From positions 1-64,000 of the forward strand of contig JBBRSP010000017.1 of NCBI GenBank assembly GCA_038245295.1: DNA of 64,000 nt, given 5' to 3'. The notes under the pieces are model-generated. The model did no database searches. It saw nothing but the letters and a program-made list of their open reading frames with translations, and was not told the origin of the DNA. Position 1 is the first letter of the stretch, and each line of letters begins with the position of its first letter. The position numbers were made by a program, and so were the translations under genes. This document shows, piece after piece, positions 39,860-47,848 of the stretch. The stretch is from Candidatus Binatia bacterium. Its GTDB lineage: Bacteria > Desulfobacterota > Binatia > HRBIN30.

Positions 39860-40758
39860 GTCTCACGTTGCAGGGGTGGCGGCTCTTGCGCAGCCTTTGT
39901 CGAAGCCATGAAGTCGACCAACACTTTGATAAACCGCTCAGGAGCTTCGCAGTGCGGGTAGTGGCCTATATCTTCGAAGATTTCGAGGCGACTGCCGGGA
40001 ATGGCCTCGTGGGCGGTGATGGCATGGCTGACTGGAATGAACGGATCCTGCGCTCCCCAGATGATCAACGTCGGCACGTGGGCGGCCCGGTACAGTCGAC
40101 TAAGAGCACTCACCGCCTGCCCACCCACATCGACTACCTCGCGCAGACTGCGGAAAAACGCTCGTCGGCTGTCGCGGTCGGCGAGCGACGTATAGCTGCG
40201 CCAAATCTCTTCCTTGGCAGGGGTCGACGGGATGCCGAGGCGACCGAGCCATGTCGCGATGACGTCGCCCGCCTGGCGCACGGGCATGGCGCCGAACACC
40301 GGGAACACCGACTCAAAACCAGGAAGCGTCAACATCCTCAGGTAACGGGTCAACTCGCGTCCCAGCCCGCCGCTGCCGACCAGCACCAGACGCTCGCAGC
40401 GCTCGGGGAACTGATAGGCCAGCTGCATCACGACACCGCCGCCGAGCGACTGGCCTACAAACGTCGCCCGTGTGTAACCGAGCGCCTCCAACAGGTCGCG
40501 CAGCATATTGGCGTGCGAGCCGAGCGAGTAGTCGCCGGGCGGTTTGTCCGACTCGCCTTGGCCGAGAAGATCGGGGGCAAGCACGGTGAAGCGCTCGGCC
40601 AACTCAGGCATGACATAGCGCCACGTCACCGAGCTCCCAGCCATGCCGTGCACCAGGAGCAGCAACGGTCCTGTGCCGGCGATGCGGTAAACGATCGTGT
40701 TGCCGTTGAGTGTTACTTGGCGTGGTCTGATATGTGCCCAACTCGTTGCGACAGACAT
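39856..40758 (-). CDS. Alpha/beta hydrolase
   Basis: LVHGMAG, PDLLGQGES, GQSLGG, IWGAQD, GHYPH. Confidence 0.9.
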   Translation of the reverse strand: MSVATSWAHIRPRQVTLNGNTIVYRIAGTGPLLLLVHGMAGSSVTWRYVMPELAERFTVLAPDLLGQGESDKPPGDYSLGSHANMLRDLLEALGYTRATFVGQSLGGGVVMQLAYQFPERCERLVLVGSGGLGRELTRYLRMLTLPGFESVFPVFGAMPVRQAGDVIATWLGRLGIPSTPAKEEIWRSYTSLADRDSRRAFFRSLREVVDVGGQAVSALSRLYRAAHVPTLIIWGAQDPFIPVSHAITAHEAIPGSRLEIFEDIGHYPHCEAPERFIKVLVDFMASTKAAQEPPPLQRET

Positions 40759-40974
40759 AGTAGTCGGATCCTCTTGTTGCGGGACACGCCGGCCGGACAT
40801 ACACGCGAATCGCGCGTTGCCGAGTCGCCCCTGGTCGTCGTGATCGTAGTCAATGCGGCCGTCTCTAGCGAGGTGGCCGCGATGAATTCCTATTCGAGCG
40901 AAGCGACGCAGTCGCGTGCATTGGCAATGAGAATCAGCGGCAATGAGCGGGCTTCTCAACAATTCGCGTCGGCG

Positions 40975-40991
40975 TCGGCATGAGGGTTGCA
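40975..40991 (+). promoter_or_regulatory. Putative sigma54 (-24/-12) promoter of csbD-DUF1328
   Basis: TCGGCATGAGGGTTGCA has exact GG-N10-GC spacing, 30 nt before the csbD ATG. Confidence 0.65.
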
Positions 40992-41020
40992 CAAGCCAAT
41001 GTCAGTAGGGAGGAGACATC

Positions 41021-41188
41021 ATGACAAGTGGAAAAGCGGATGAACTGAAGGGGCGTGTCAAGGAAGCCGCGGGCGCTCTGCTGGGCGACAAAGAGCTCAA
41101 GCAGGAGGGCAAGGCCGACCAGACTGTGGGCAAAGTGAAGCAATCGGTTGAGAAGATGATTGATAAGGTAAAGGACGCGCTCGATTGA
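41021..41188 (+). CDS. CsbD-family stress protein (55 aa, absent from ORF track)
   Basis: MTSGKADELKGRVKEAAGALLGDKELKQEGKADQTVGKVKQ; GGAGGAG RBS. Confidence 0.92.
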   Translation: MTSGKADELKGRVKEAAGALLGDKELKQEGKADQTVGKVKQSVEKMIDKVKDALD

Positions 41189-41222
41189 AATGAGCTGACG
41201 CTCACCTGCCGAGGAGAATCTC

Positions 41223-41393
41223 ATGTTGCACTACGCTGTAGTCTTTTTCGTCATCGCGCTGATCGCCTCGGTGCTTGGCTTCCGCGGCATAGCCGGGATG
41301 TCGGCGCAGATTGGTTGGATCTTCGCGGTCATCGCCATCGTCTTCTTGGTTGTCGCCTTACTCGGCAGTCGCGGACCGATTGGAATTCCCTAA
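41223..41393 (+). CDS. DUF1328 (YtjA/UPF0391) small membrane protein (56 aa, absent from ORF track)
   Basis: MLHYAVVFFVIALIASVLGFRGIAGMSAQIGWIF; GAGGAG RBS. Confidence 0.9.
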   Translation: MLHYAVVFFVIALIASVLGFRGIAGMSAQIGWIFAVIAIVFLVVALLGSRGPIGIP

Positions 41394-41447
41394 GCAGAGT
41401 GTGCCTTCGATGGCTTTGCACGTAGCTTCGACGATCACGCATTCAGC

Positions 41448-41532
41448 ACGCCGCAGGCTGAAGCCTGCGCCTACCATGCTGGATACACCGGCGGATTGGA
41501 AACCGGTAGGCGCAGGCTTCAGCCTGCGGCGT
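41448..41532. repeat. GTAG-type REP inverted doublet (REPIN)
   Basis: Perfect 28-bp inverted repeat GGTAGGCGCAGGCTTCAGCCTGCGGCGT; relatives at 53795-53867 and 61243-61260. Confidence 0.85.
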
Positions 41533-41654
41533 GGTCGCGAAGGTAATCTGCAAAGCCGCCTTCGAGCACACGGCACGGCATTGTGCCGTTAAGCGCGGTA
41601 GTGAGGCATCATAAAATGAACCCAGCCTTCTGGCAGAACTCGGAGACCACGCTC

Positions 41655-41882
41655 ATGACGAAAACAAGGATGATCACAAGGGCACATCGGATAGCGGCAC
41701 CGGCGGCGGCAACACTGCTTCTCGCCGCGACTCTCGGCCTCACCGGCTGTCCGCAGAAGCAGGGGCCGGCTGAGAAGGCCGGAGCGGCGCTTGATCGCGC
41801 CAAAGACAAAGTAGCCGACACGTTGGACCCGAAGGGTCCTGGGGAGAAAGCCGGTCGCGCCATCGACCGAGCAACGGAGTGA
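41655..41882 (+). CDS. Small lipoprotein (GPAEKAG repeats)
   Basis: LTGC lipobox; GPAEKAGAALD / GPGEKAGRAID duplication. Confidence 0.8.
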   Translation: MTKTRMITRAHRIAAPAAATLLLAATLGLTGCPQKQGPAEKAGAALDRAKDKVADTLDPKGPGEKAGRAIDRATE

Positions 41883-41896
41883 AAGGAGAGATGACC

Positions 41897-42085
41897 ATGG
41901 CAACTGGGAAGGTGAAGAAGCTGAAGGGCCGCGTAAAGGAAGCCGCCGGTGCGTTAACCGGTGACAAGAAGCTGAAGCACGAGGGAATCGCCGATCAGGT
42001 TGTCGGCAGCATCAAGCAGATGGTGCAGGACCTGATTGAGATGGTCGAAAACGCAATCGACTGGGTCAAAGGTCTGGTGGCGTAG
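41897..42085 (+). CDS. CsbD-family stress protein
   Basis: LKGRVKEAAGALTGDKKLKHEGIADQVVG; AAGGAG RBS. Confidence 0.88.
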   Translation: MATGKVKKLKGRVKEAAGALTGDKKLKHEGIADQVVGSIKQMVQDLIEMVENAIDWVKGLVA

Positions 42086-42177
42086 GGCTGATTGGCGCGG
42101 CGGCGCGGCACCACGCCGTCGCACGCCGCGCCCGTTGCTCGACGCGACGCCTGTGCCTCGGGCGCAAGGAGATCATC

Positions 42178-42327
42178 ATGTCTCTGCTTGTCTTGATCAT
42201 ACTGTTGATCCTGGTCTTCGGAGGTCTGCCGACCTGGGGTTACCATCAATACGGTTACGCCCCATCGGGATTGCTCAGCGTCGTGCTGTTCATCCTGCTC
42301 ATCCTGTTCTTGACGGGGCGACTGTAG
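42178..42327 (+). CDS. DUF3309 small membrane protein (49 aa, absent from ORF track)
   Basis: LILVFGGLPTWGYHQYGYAPSG...LTGRL; AAGGAG RBS. Confidence 0.9.
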   Translation: MSLLVLIILLILVFGGLPTWGYHQYGYAPSGLLSVVLFILLILFLTGRL

Positions 42328-42351
42328 CTGACGCCTCGTGAGCGACGTACG

Positions 42352-44187
42352 GTGGGGGTGCGGCGGCGGTCATTCATGGCCGACATCTGGTCGCTGTCGC
42401 GACCGTACTGGGTGTCGGAGGAAAAGTGGGTGGCGCGGAGCCTGCTGGCGCTCGTCGTCGGTCTATCGTTGAGCTCGATCTACATCAGCGTGCTCATCAA
42501 CCACTGGAACGCCGCCTTCTACAACGCGCTGCAAGAGTTCGATGCCAGAGAGTTCTTTCGCCAGCTGTTGGTGTTCGTCGTTTTGACCGCGGCGAACGTC
42601 GTCTGTGCCGTCTACCAGGTGTATCTCAGCTCTATTCTGCAGATCCGTTGGCGCCGCTGGCTGACCGAATCCTTTCTCGCCGGCTGGCTCGATCACCAGG
42701 CGTATTACCGCGCCGGCCTCGGTAGCGCCGCCTTCGAAAATCCCGACCAGCGCATCAGCGAGGATCTCGGACTGTTCGTGGTCTACACGGCGAGTATGAC
42801 ACTTGGGTTGATGACCTCGGCTCTGACCCTGGTTTCTTTCATTGCCATCCTTTGGGGCCTTTCCGGCTCGCTGGTTGTGCGCTTCGGAGCGCTGGGCGCC
42901 GTGACGGTCCCGGGGTACATGGTGTGGGCGGCGCTGCTGTATGCGTCTGCCGGCACCTGGCTGGCGCTCCGTATCGGCGCGCCTCTGGTACGCCTCAACT
43001 TCGATCTGCAGCACTATGAGGCGGATTTCCGGCTGAGCATGGCGCGCGTGCAGGAGAATGCCGAGAGTGTCGCCGTGACGGGCGGCGAGGGCAACGAACG
43101 TGTTCGCTTCCGCGAACGCTTTGCGCACATCATCCGCAACTATTGGGCGATCATGCGCCGCCAAAAGGGCTTGAGCGCGTTTACGTGGATCTATGGTCAA
43201 CTGGCGATAGTCTTCCCGCTACTCGTCGCCGCACCGCGCTACTTTGCGCACGAGATCCTTCTCGGCGGACTGATGCAGACCGCGCAGGCCTTCGGACAAG
43301 TGCAGAACGGCTTGAGTTTTATCGTCAATAGCTATCCGGACATCGCGCGCTGGCGGGCCGCCGTCGACCGGGTCATCGACTTCCAACGCGTCCTGCTCGC
43401 CGCCACCCCCGTCGCACCGGGAGCGCGCGGCATCACCATCGTTCGCGGCCCGGGCTCGGGGCTGCGGGTCGGCGGACTCGACGTCGATCTGCCCAGCGGC
43501 GAGCCACTCCTGCGCGGCCTGCGCTTCGATGTGCCACGCGGCGGTTCTCTGCTGATCATGGGGCCTGCCGGCACGGGCAAAACGACCCTTCTCCGCGCCA
43601 TTGCCGGTATTTGGCCGTACGGCAACGGCAGGATCGAGATGCCGGAGGCAGCGCTCGCCGTGGTCATGCCCGAATCGCCCTATCTTCCTGTCGGCTCGCT
43701 GCGGCGGGCTCTGCGTTATCCCGAGATCGACCCCCGGCGGGTTCGCAACGGTGTGCATTGGGATGCTGCTCAGATCGACGCGACGGCACGCGCCGGCCTG
43801 CCGGAGGCGGAAGTGACCGCCGTTGATGCGGCGGCGGCGGCGGTTGATGCCGGTGATCTGCCGAGCGACGCGGACCTGCTGCGGGCTCTCGATCTCTGCG
43901 GGTTGTCGCACCTGACGGGGCGGTTGGATGAAGAACAGAACTGGTCGCAGCGTTTATCCACCAATGAACAAAAGCGGGTGGTGTTCGCGCACCTCCTGGT
44001 GCAGCGGCCTGATCTCATCTTTCTCGACGAAACGGTTTCGGGTCTCGACGACGAAGCGACGACCGAGCTGTATTGTACCCTGCGTGCGGAGCTTCCCAAC
44101 GCCGTGATCGTCACGGTTGGGCACAAAGGCGCATTGGAGGCGTTGCATACGCAGCACTTCGATCTGCAGCGCGCACCGCATGGCTAG
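42352..44187 (+). CDS. ABC-D-type fused permease/ATPase (YddA/BclA-like) with degenerate NBD motifs
   Basis: PYWVSEEK, WNAAFYNALQ, NPDQRISED, EADFR, GPAGTGKT, IFLDE. Confidence 0.85.
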   Translation: MGVRRRSFMADIWSLSRPYWVSEEKWVARSLLALVVGLSLSSIYISVLINHWNAAFYNALQEFDAREFFRQLLVFVVLTAANVVCAVYQVYLSSILQIRWRRWLTESFLAGWLDHQAYYRAGLGSAAFENPDQRISEDLGLFVVYTASMTLGLMTSALTLVSFIAILWGLSGSLVVRFGALGAVTVPGYMVWAALLYASAGTWLALRIGAPLVRLNFDLQHYEADFRLSMARVQENAESVAVTGGEGNERVRFRERFAHIIRNYWAIMRRQKGLSAFTWIYGQLAIVFPLLVAAPRYFAHEILLGGLMQTAQAFGQVQNGLSFIVNSYPDIARWRAAVDRVIDFQRVLLAATPVAPGARGITIVRGPGSGLRVGGLDVDLPSGEPLLRGLRFDVPRGGSLLIMGPAGTGKTTLLRAIAGIWPYGNGRIEMPEAALAVVMPESPYLPVGSLRRALRYPEIDPRRVRNGVHWDAAQIDATARAGLPEAEVTAVDAAAAAVDAGDLPSDADLLRALDLCGLSHLTGRLDEEQNWSQRLSTNEQKRVVFAHLLVQRPDLIFLDETVSGLDDEATTELYCTLRAELPNAVIVTVGHKGALEALHTQHFDLQRAPHG

Positions 44188-44238
44188 ATCAATCTACCCT
44201 GTTTGCTGCAAGGCGACTCATTCCTCCGGGAGGTACTC

Positions 44239-44931
44239 ATGCCACAGACGCCCCACCTCGAACGTCACTTTACCGGGTCGGCGATCGTCCGAGACATTGT
44301 CATTGGCATGTCCGACGGACTGACCGTGCCCTTTGCTCTCGCCGCGGGGCTCTCGGGCGCCGTCGACAACACGAGCATCATCCTGACCGCCGGCCTTGCC
44401 GAGATTGCGGCCGGCTCCATTGCCATGGGGTTGGGCGGTTATCTGGCGGCGCGCAGTGACGCTGAGCACTACCAGGCCGAGCGTGGGCGCGAAGAATCCG
44501 AAGTGCGGGAGAAGGCCACCGTGGAACTGGACGAAGTGGCGGAGGCCTTTCGGGCCTATGGCTTCACGACGGAGGAGATCAAGCCTGTGGTCGACGCGTT
44601 TTGTAAACGGCCGACGGCGTGGGTTGATTTTATGATGCGATTCGAGCTCGGGCTGGAGAAGCCGGATCCGCGGCGGGCCCTGGCTAGTGCGGTTACCATC
44701 GCCGGCGCCTACATCGTCGGTGGATTCATCCCGTTGGCGCCATACCTTGCGCTACCGGCAAGGCAAGCTCTTGGCGGCTCGGTCGCTGTGACCCTCGTGG
44801 CCCTGGCGATCTTTGGATACGTGAAAGGACACTTCACCGGTGCATCGCCGCTGCGTAGCTCGGTGCAAACGGTAGTGATCGGCGGCCTAGCAGCGGCGGT
44901 TGCGTTTGCCATCGCGCGGGCAATTTCATGA
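44239..44931 (+). CDS. VIT1/CCC1-family Fe/Mn transporter
   Basis: RDIVIGMSDGLTVPFALAAG, AEIAAGSIAMGLGGYLA, FMMRFELGL. Confidence 0.92.
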   Translation: MPQTPHLERHFTGSAIVRDIVIGMSDGLTVPFALAAGLSGAVDNTSIILTAGLAEIAAGSIAMGLGGYLAARSDAEHYQAERGREESEVREKATVELDEVAEAFRAYGFTTEEIKPVVDAFCKRPTAWVDFMMRFELGLEKPDPRRALASAVTIAGAYIVGGFIPLAPYLALPARQALGGSVAVTLVALAIFGYVKGHFTGASPLRSSVQTVVIGGLAAAVAFAIARAIS

Positions 44932-44958
44932 CTCCGCCGAATCGCGTTGTGGAAGCGC

Positions 44959-46053
44959 TTAGATGGTGGGCGTCGAGGGCGGGGCCTGCTTCGGTAGATC
45001 AATCGTGAAGACACATCCCTTGCCAGGCATGTCGATGACACGAAGCTCGCCGGCGATCGCCCGCACCGCCTTCACGCAAATGGAGAGACCGAGGCCCAGG
45101 CCCGTTCGATCAGTACCGCGCTGAGTGAATGGTTGCAGCAGCGTCTCTGCGTGCCCTGGGGGGAGCCCGCCGCACTCGTCTTCAACTTCAAGGAGCACCC
45201 GGGTCGGGGTTGTGCGCGTCCTGAGCAGAACCGTTCCAGCTGGATGGGTAAACTTCATGGCGTTCTGCACCAGGTTGGCCAGAGCCGCACAGAGGATCTG
45301 TCTGTCCGCCTCGACGATCGCGCTACGATCGTCGCACGAAACAACGAACCGCAAGCCGCGCTGCCTGGCCACCAGGGCGGCGCCGATCTCGACCTCTCTC
45401 AGAATCTTCCAGGCAGGAACGTGCTCGAGATTTTGCATCGCCGCGTCGAGGCGCACTTCCGCCATCGACCGATCGATGAGCGCCAGTAGGCTGAGCAAGC
45501 TGCGTTCGTGCATGGCGCCGGTACTACCACCGGGGGCCACAACACCGTCGCGGATGCTGGCGAACGACAGGATGGCGACGTTGAGCAGGTTGCGCATCTC
45601 GTGGGCGAGCACGCCGAGCCGCTCCGTGCCCTCGTTGTTGATCGCGCGTTCGCGCTGACGGCCGAACTCCGTCACGGCCGCGGCGATGGCGTCGTCGAGG
45701 CAGAGATTGAGTGTTCGGAAGTCTTCGGCGGCGATTCCGGCGTCCTTCTCAACGGCGAGACTGGTAATCGATTGACAGAGGTGGCCGTACTCGCGAACGA
45801 CCTGCTCGATAGTCACCCCATGATCAAAGAGTAGGTGGCCATGCAGCGCGGCACTGTCACTGATCGCCTCGTGGTCGGGGGCTTGGAGCGGTGTCGCCCT
45901 ATGCAAGGCGACGCAGAGCTGTTCGACAAACAGGGGTAGTCCAGTGGTCGGCTCTGGCTCCGTCACAACCGGGGTCTCTCCCGTCGAGACGCGAGAGCGG
46001 GCGCGATCGAGAACCTGATCGCGGTGCTCCCAGATAAAATCGCAAAGTAACAC
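44959..46053 (-). CDS. Cytoplasmic sensor histidine kinase with helical (RsbRD-N-like) N-terminus
   Basis: HGHLL...VVREYG N-domain; LAHEMRNLL, NLVQNAMKFT, VEDECGG, GLGLGL. Confidence 0.85.
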   Translation of the reverse strand: MLLCDFIWEHRDQVLDRARSRVSTGETPVVTEPEPTTGLPLFVEQLCVALHRATPLQAPDHEAISDSAALHGHLLFDHGVTIEQVVREYGHLCQSITSLAVEKDAGIAAEDFRTLNLCLDDAIAAAVTEFGRQRERAINNEGTERLGVLAHEMRNLLNVAILSFASIRDGVVAPGGSTGAMHERSLLSLLALIDRSMAEVRLDAAMQNLEHVPAWKILREVEIGAALVARQRGLRFVVSCDDRSAIVEADRQILCAALANLVQNAMKFTHPAGTVLLRTRTTPTRVLLEVEDECGGLPPGHAETLLQPFTQRGTDRTGLGLGLSICVKAVRAIAGELRVIDMPGKGCVFTIDLPKQAPPSTPTI

Positions 46054-46198
46054 CTTGTGAAAATAAGCCGTTTAGCCGGCCGAAGCAATGCGCTGTTTCG
46101 AAGCGACGTGTGCGAGGATCGGCGCGACAGAGTTGCGCGCCCCGAACTCCGATTGCCGGCGGAGCGCAGTGCTCCGCCGCAATGGGATGTTACCTGAC

Positions 46199-47596
46199 CT
46201 ACTCTCTTTGTGCTGCGCTACGCCGTAGCGCGACGATCATGGCGACTGTCAGGAAACCTATGAGCGCCAACCCGGCGCCTGAGGTCGGTGACGCGATCAA
46301 CGGGACCGGCGCCGCTGTCAGGGTTGGCGTGGTGCTCTGCGTGCTGCTTGGCGATGGCGTCGGCGTTGCGGTTGCCGCGGCCGTGCTTGCTGTAGGCGTC
46401 TGCGTGGCCGAAGGTGTAACGGTCCCTGTCCGGGTCCCTGTCAGCGTCACTGTTTGTGTCGCTGTTTGTGTCGCCGTCGGCGTCGGCGATGCCGTCGCGC
46501 TGCTGGTCGTGGTTGCCGTGGCCAGAGCGATGACCAACGTCGATGTCGGTGTCCCCGTGATCGTTGCCGTCGGCGTCATGGTGGGTGTGTTCGAACCAGT
46601 CTGCGTTGGTGTAGTGGTCGGTGTCTGGCTCGGCGTAGCGCTTGGCGTTTGCGTCGCCGTGTTGGTCGGCGTGGGTGTTGTGGTGAGCGTTGAGGTCTGT
46701 GTCGGCGTGTTGCTTACCGTGGCGGATGGTGTCTGAGTCCCGGTGCTGGTCGGGGTTTGCGTTGCCGTATTTGATGGCGTGTCTGTAGCCGTGCTGGTCG
46801 GCGTTGCGGTGGGCGTGTCGGTCGACGTTTGTGTCGGAGTATGACTCGCCGTACCCGTCGGCGTCTGTGTCGATGTGTCGGTAGGTGTTGGAGTCGCCAG
46901 TGCGCTACAACCGCCAACAGTGTTCGTGCCAGCCAGCGTAACGGCACCAGTCGGTGTAGTCAGAGCTCGACCTTGCAACATTGCGCCGACGCCGAGATCG
47001 ACGCCCGCCTGCGCGACGACCGTTCCGACGAAGTTGACCCCGTTGAGAGTTGCCGCACTCGTAACCTGCCAGAATACACTGCAGGCATCGGCGCCATTGA
47101 TCAGGGTTACCGTCGATAGGACGTTGGCGGTGAGTGAGCTGCCGACCTGGAAGATGTAGGTTCCGGCCCCATCTAAAGTGAGATTTCCCGTCGATGCCAA
47201 ATCGGCGGTTGACGAAAAACAATAGACGCCAGGGCCGACCGTAACGCCGTTGAGCTGGGCTGCCAAAGAGGTGCAAGATCCGGCTGTGGCCAACGATGTG
47301 TACAACGCCCCCGTCGATGTCTGCGCCGCGATCGCGGCTCCGTCGTTGTTGTGCACGGCAAACGGTGGAACCACCGTCGCCGCGGCGGGAAAGCCCGTAA
47401 TCGACGTGCCCGGTGACACGCCGACATCTCCGGTAATGGTTGAGCCAGTGCCGGCGGCGGTGACACTCGAGCCACCCAGCACCGCGAAGCTCTGAGCTGA
47501 CCCCAGTGATTGCGCGGTTGCCGAACAGGCATGGGCAAGAGCTGCCAACCCAACGAGCGCCGAGATACGTCGATTTCTACCGAAAAGTCTATTCAT
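46199..47596 (-). CDS. Ice-binding (DUF3494) family surface protein with Thr/Pro stalk and C-terminal TM sorting signal
   Basis: LGSAQSFAVLGGSSVT, GDVGVSPGTSITGFP, PGVYC, IFQVGSSLT, VFWQVTSAATL, GRAL; TPT repeats; VPLIASPTSGAGLALIG...LRR. Confidence 0.88.
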   Translation of the reverse strand: MNRLFGRNRRISALVGLAALAHACSATAQSLGSAQSFAVLGGSSVTAAGTGSTITGDVGVSPGTSITGFPAAATVVPPFAVHNNDGAAIAAQTSTGALYTSLATAGSCTSLAAQLNGVTVGPGVYCFSSTADLASTGNLTLDGAGTYIFQVGSSLTANVLSTVTLINGADACSVFWQVTSAATLNGVNFVGTVVAQAGVDLGVGAMLQGRALTTPTGAVTLAGTNTVGGCSALATPTPTDTSTQTPTGTASHTPTQTSTDTPTATPTSTATDTPSNTATQTPTSTGTQTPSATVSNTPTQTSTLTTTPTPTNTATQTPSATPSQTPTTTPTQTGSNTPTMTPTATITGTPTSTLVIALATATTTSSATASPTPTATQTATQTVTLTGTRTGTVTPSATQTPTASTAAATATPTPSPSSTQSTTPTLTAAPVPLIASPTSGAGLALIGFLTVAMIVALRRSAAQRE

Positions 47597-47690
47597 AACG
47601 GATCCCCTAACTCGTGGTTTTAGCCTTGCATTTACCACCGCCCGATGGTGCGGACAAGGCACGTTGCCAACTCCATGACCCCGACTAGAC

Positions 47691-47747
47691 GCTTTATCAC
47701 GAACGCCCAAAAGCACGACCCAGGAGAACTGCGCGCGTAGTTCTACG
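47691..47747 (-). promoter_or_regulatory. Tandem-box promoter, site 4a (ice-binding gene)
   Basis: Minus strand CGTAGAACTACG-CG-CGCAGTTCTCCT then TAAAGC 25 nt after box 2. Confidence 0.65.
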
Positions 47748-47770
47748 TGCATCCGCGATGACGAGGGATG

Positions 47771-47842
47771 CGTGTTTCCACGCGCGCAAAAACACGCGCG
47801 TAGTTGTCCGAGCTAACGGTGGCAGGATGCCGCGGGTAGAAA
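47771..47842 (+). promoter_or_regulatory. Tandem-box promoter, site 4b (three boxes)
   Basis: CGTGTTTCCACG-CG-CGCAAAAACACG-CG-CGTAGTTGTCCG-AGCTAA then TAGAAA 26 nt after the last box. Confidence 0.75.
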
Positions 47843-47848
47843 TCATAT

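Noticed and set aside
40845..40857. Isolated CGTAG-containing sequences (40845, 41421) and CGCAGTGCTCCG at 46165
   Set aside because: No second box at 14-bp period and no correctly spaced -10; the last one is part of a terminator-like hairpin.
41571..41587. Possible sigma54 promoter CGGCACGGCATTGTGC before the lipoprotein gene
   Set aside because: Spacing is GG-N11-GC, one base off the strict requirement.
41311..41592. ORFs with RRLKPAPT/VGAGFSLR sequences
   Set aside because: Translations of the GTAG REP inverted repeat.
46260..46900. Repetitive DNA and the Val-rich plus-strand ORF 46110-46736
   Set aside because: Explained by the Thr/Pro stalk codons of the minus-strand ice-binding protein.
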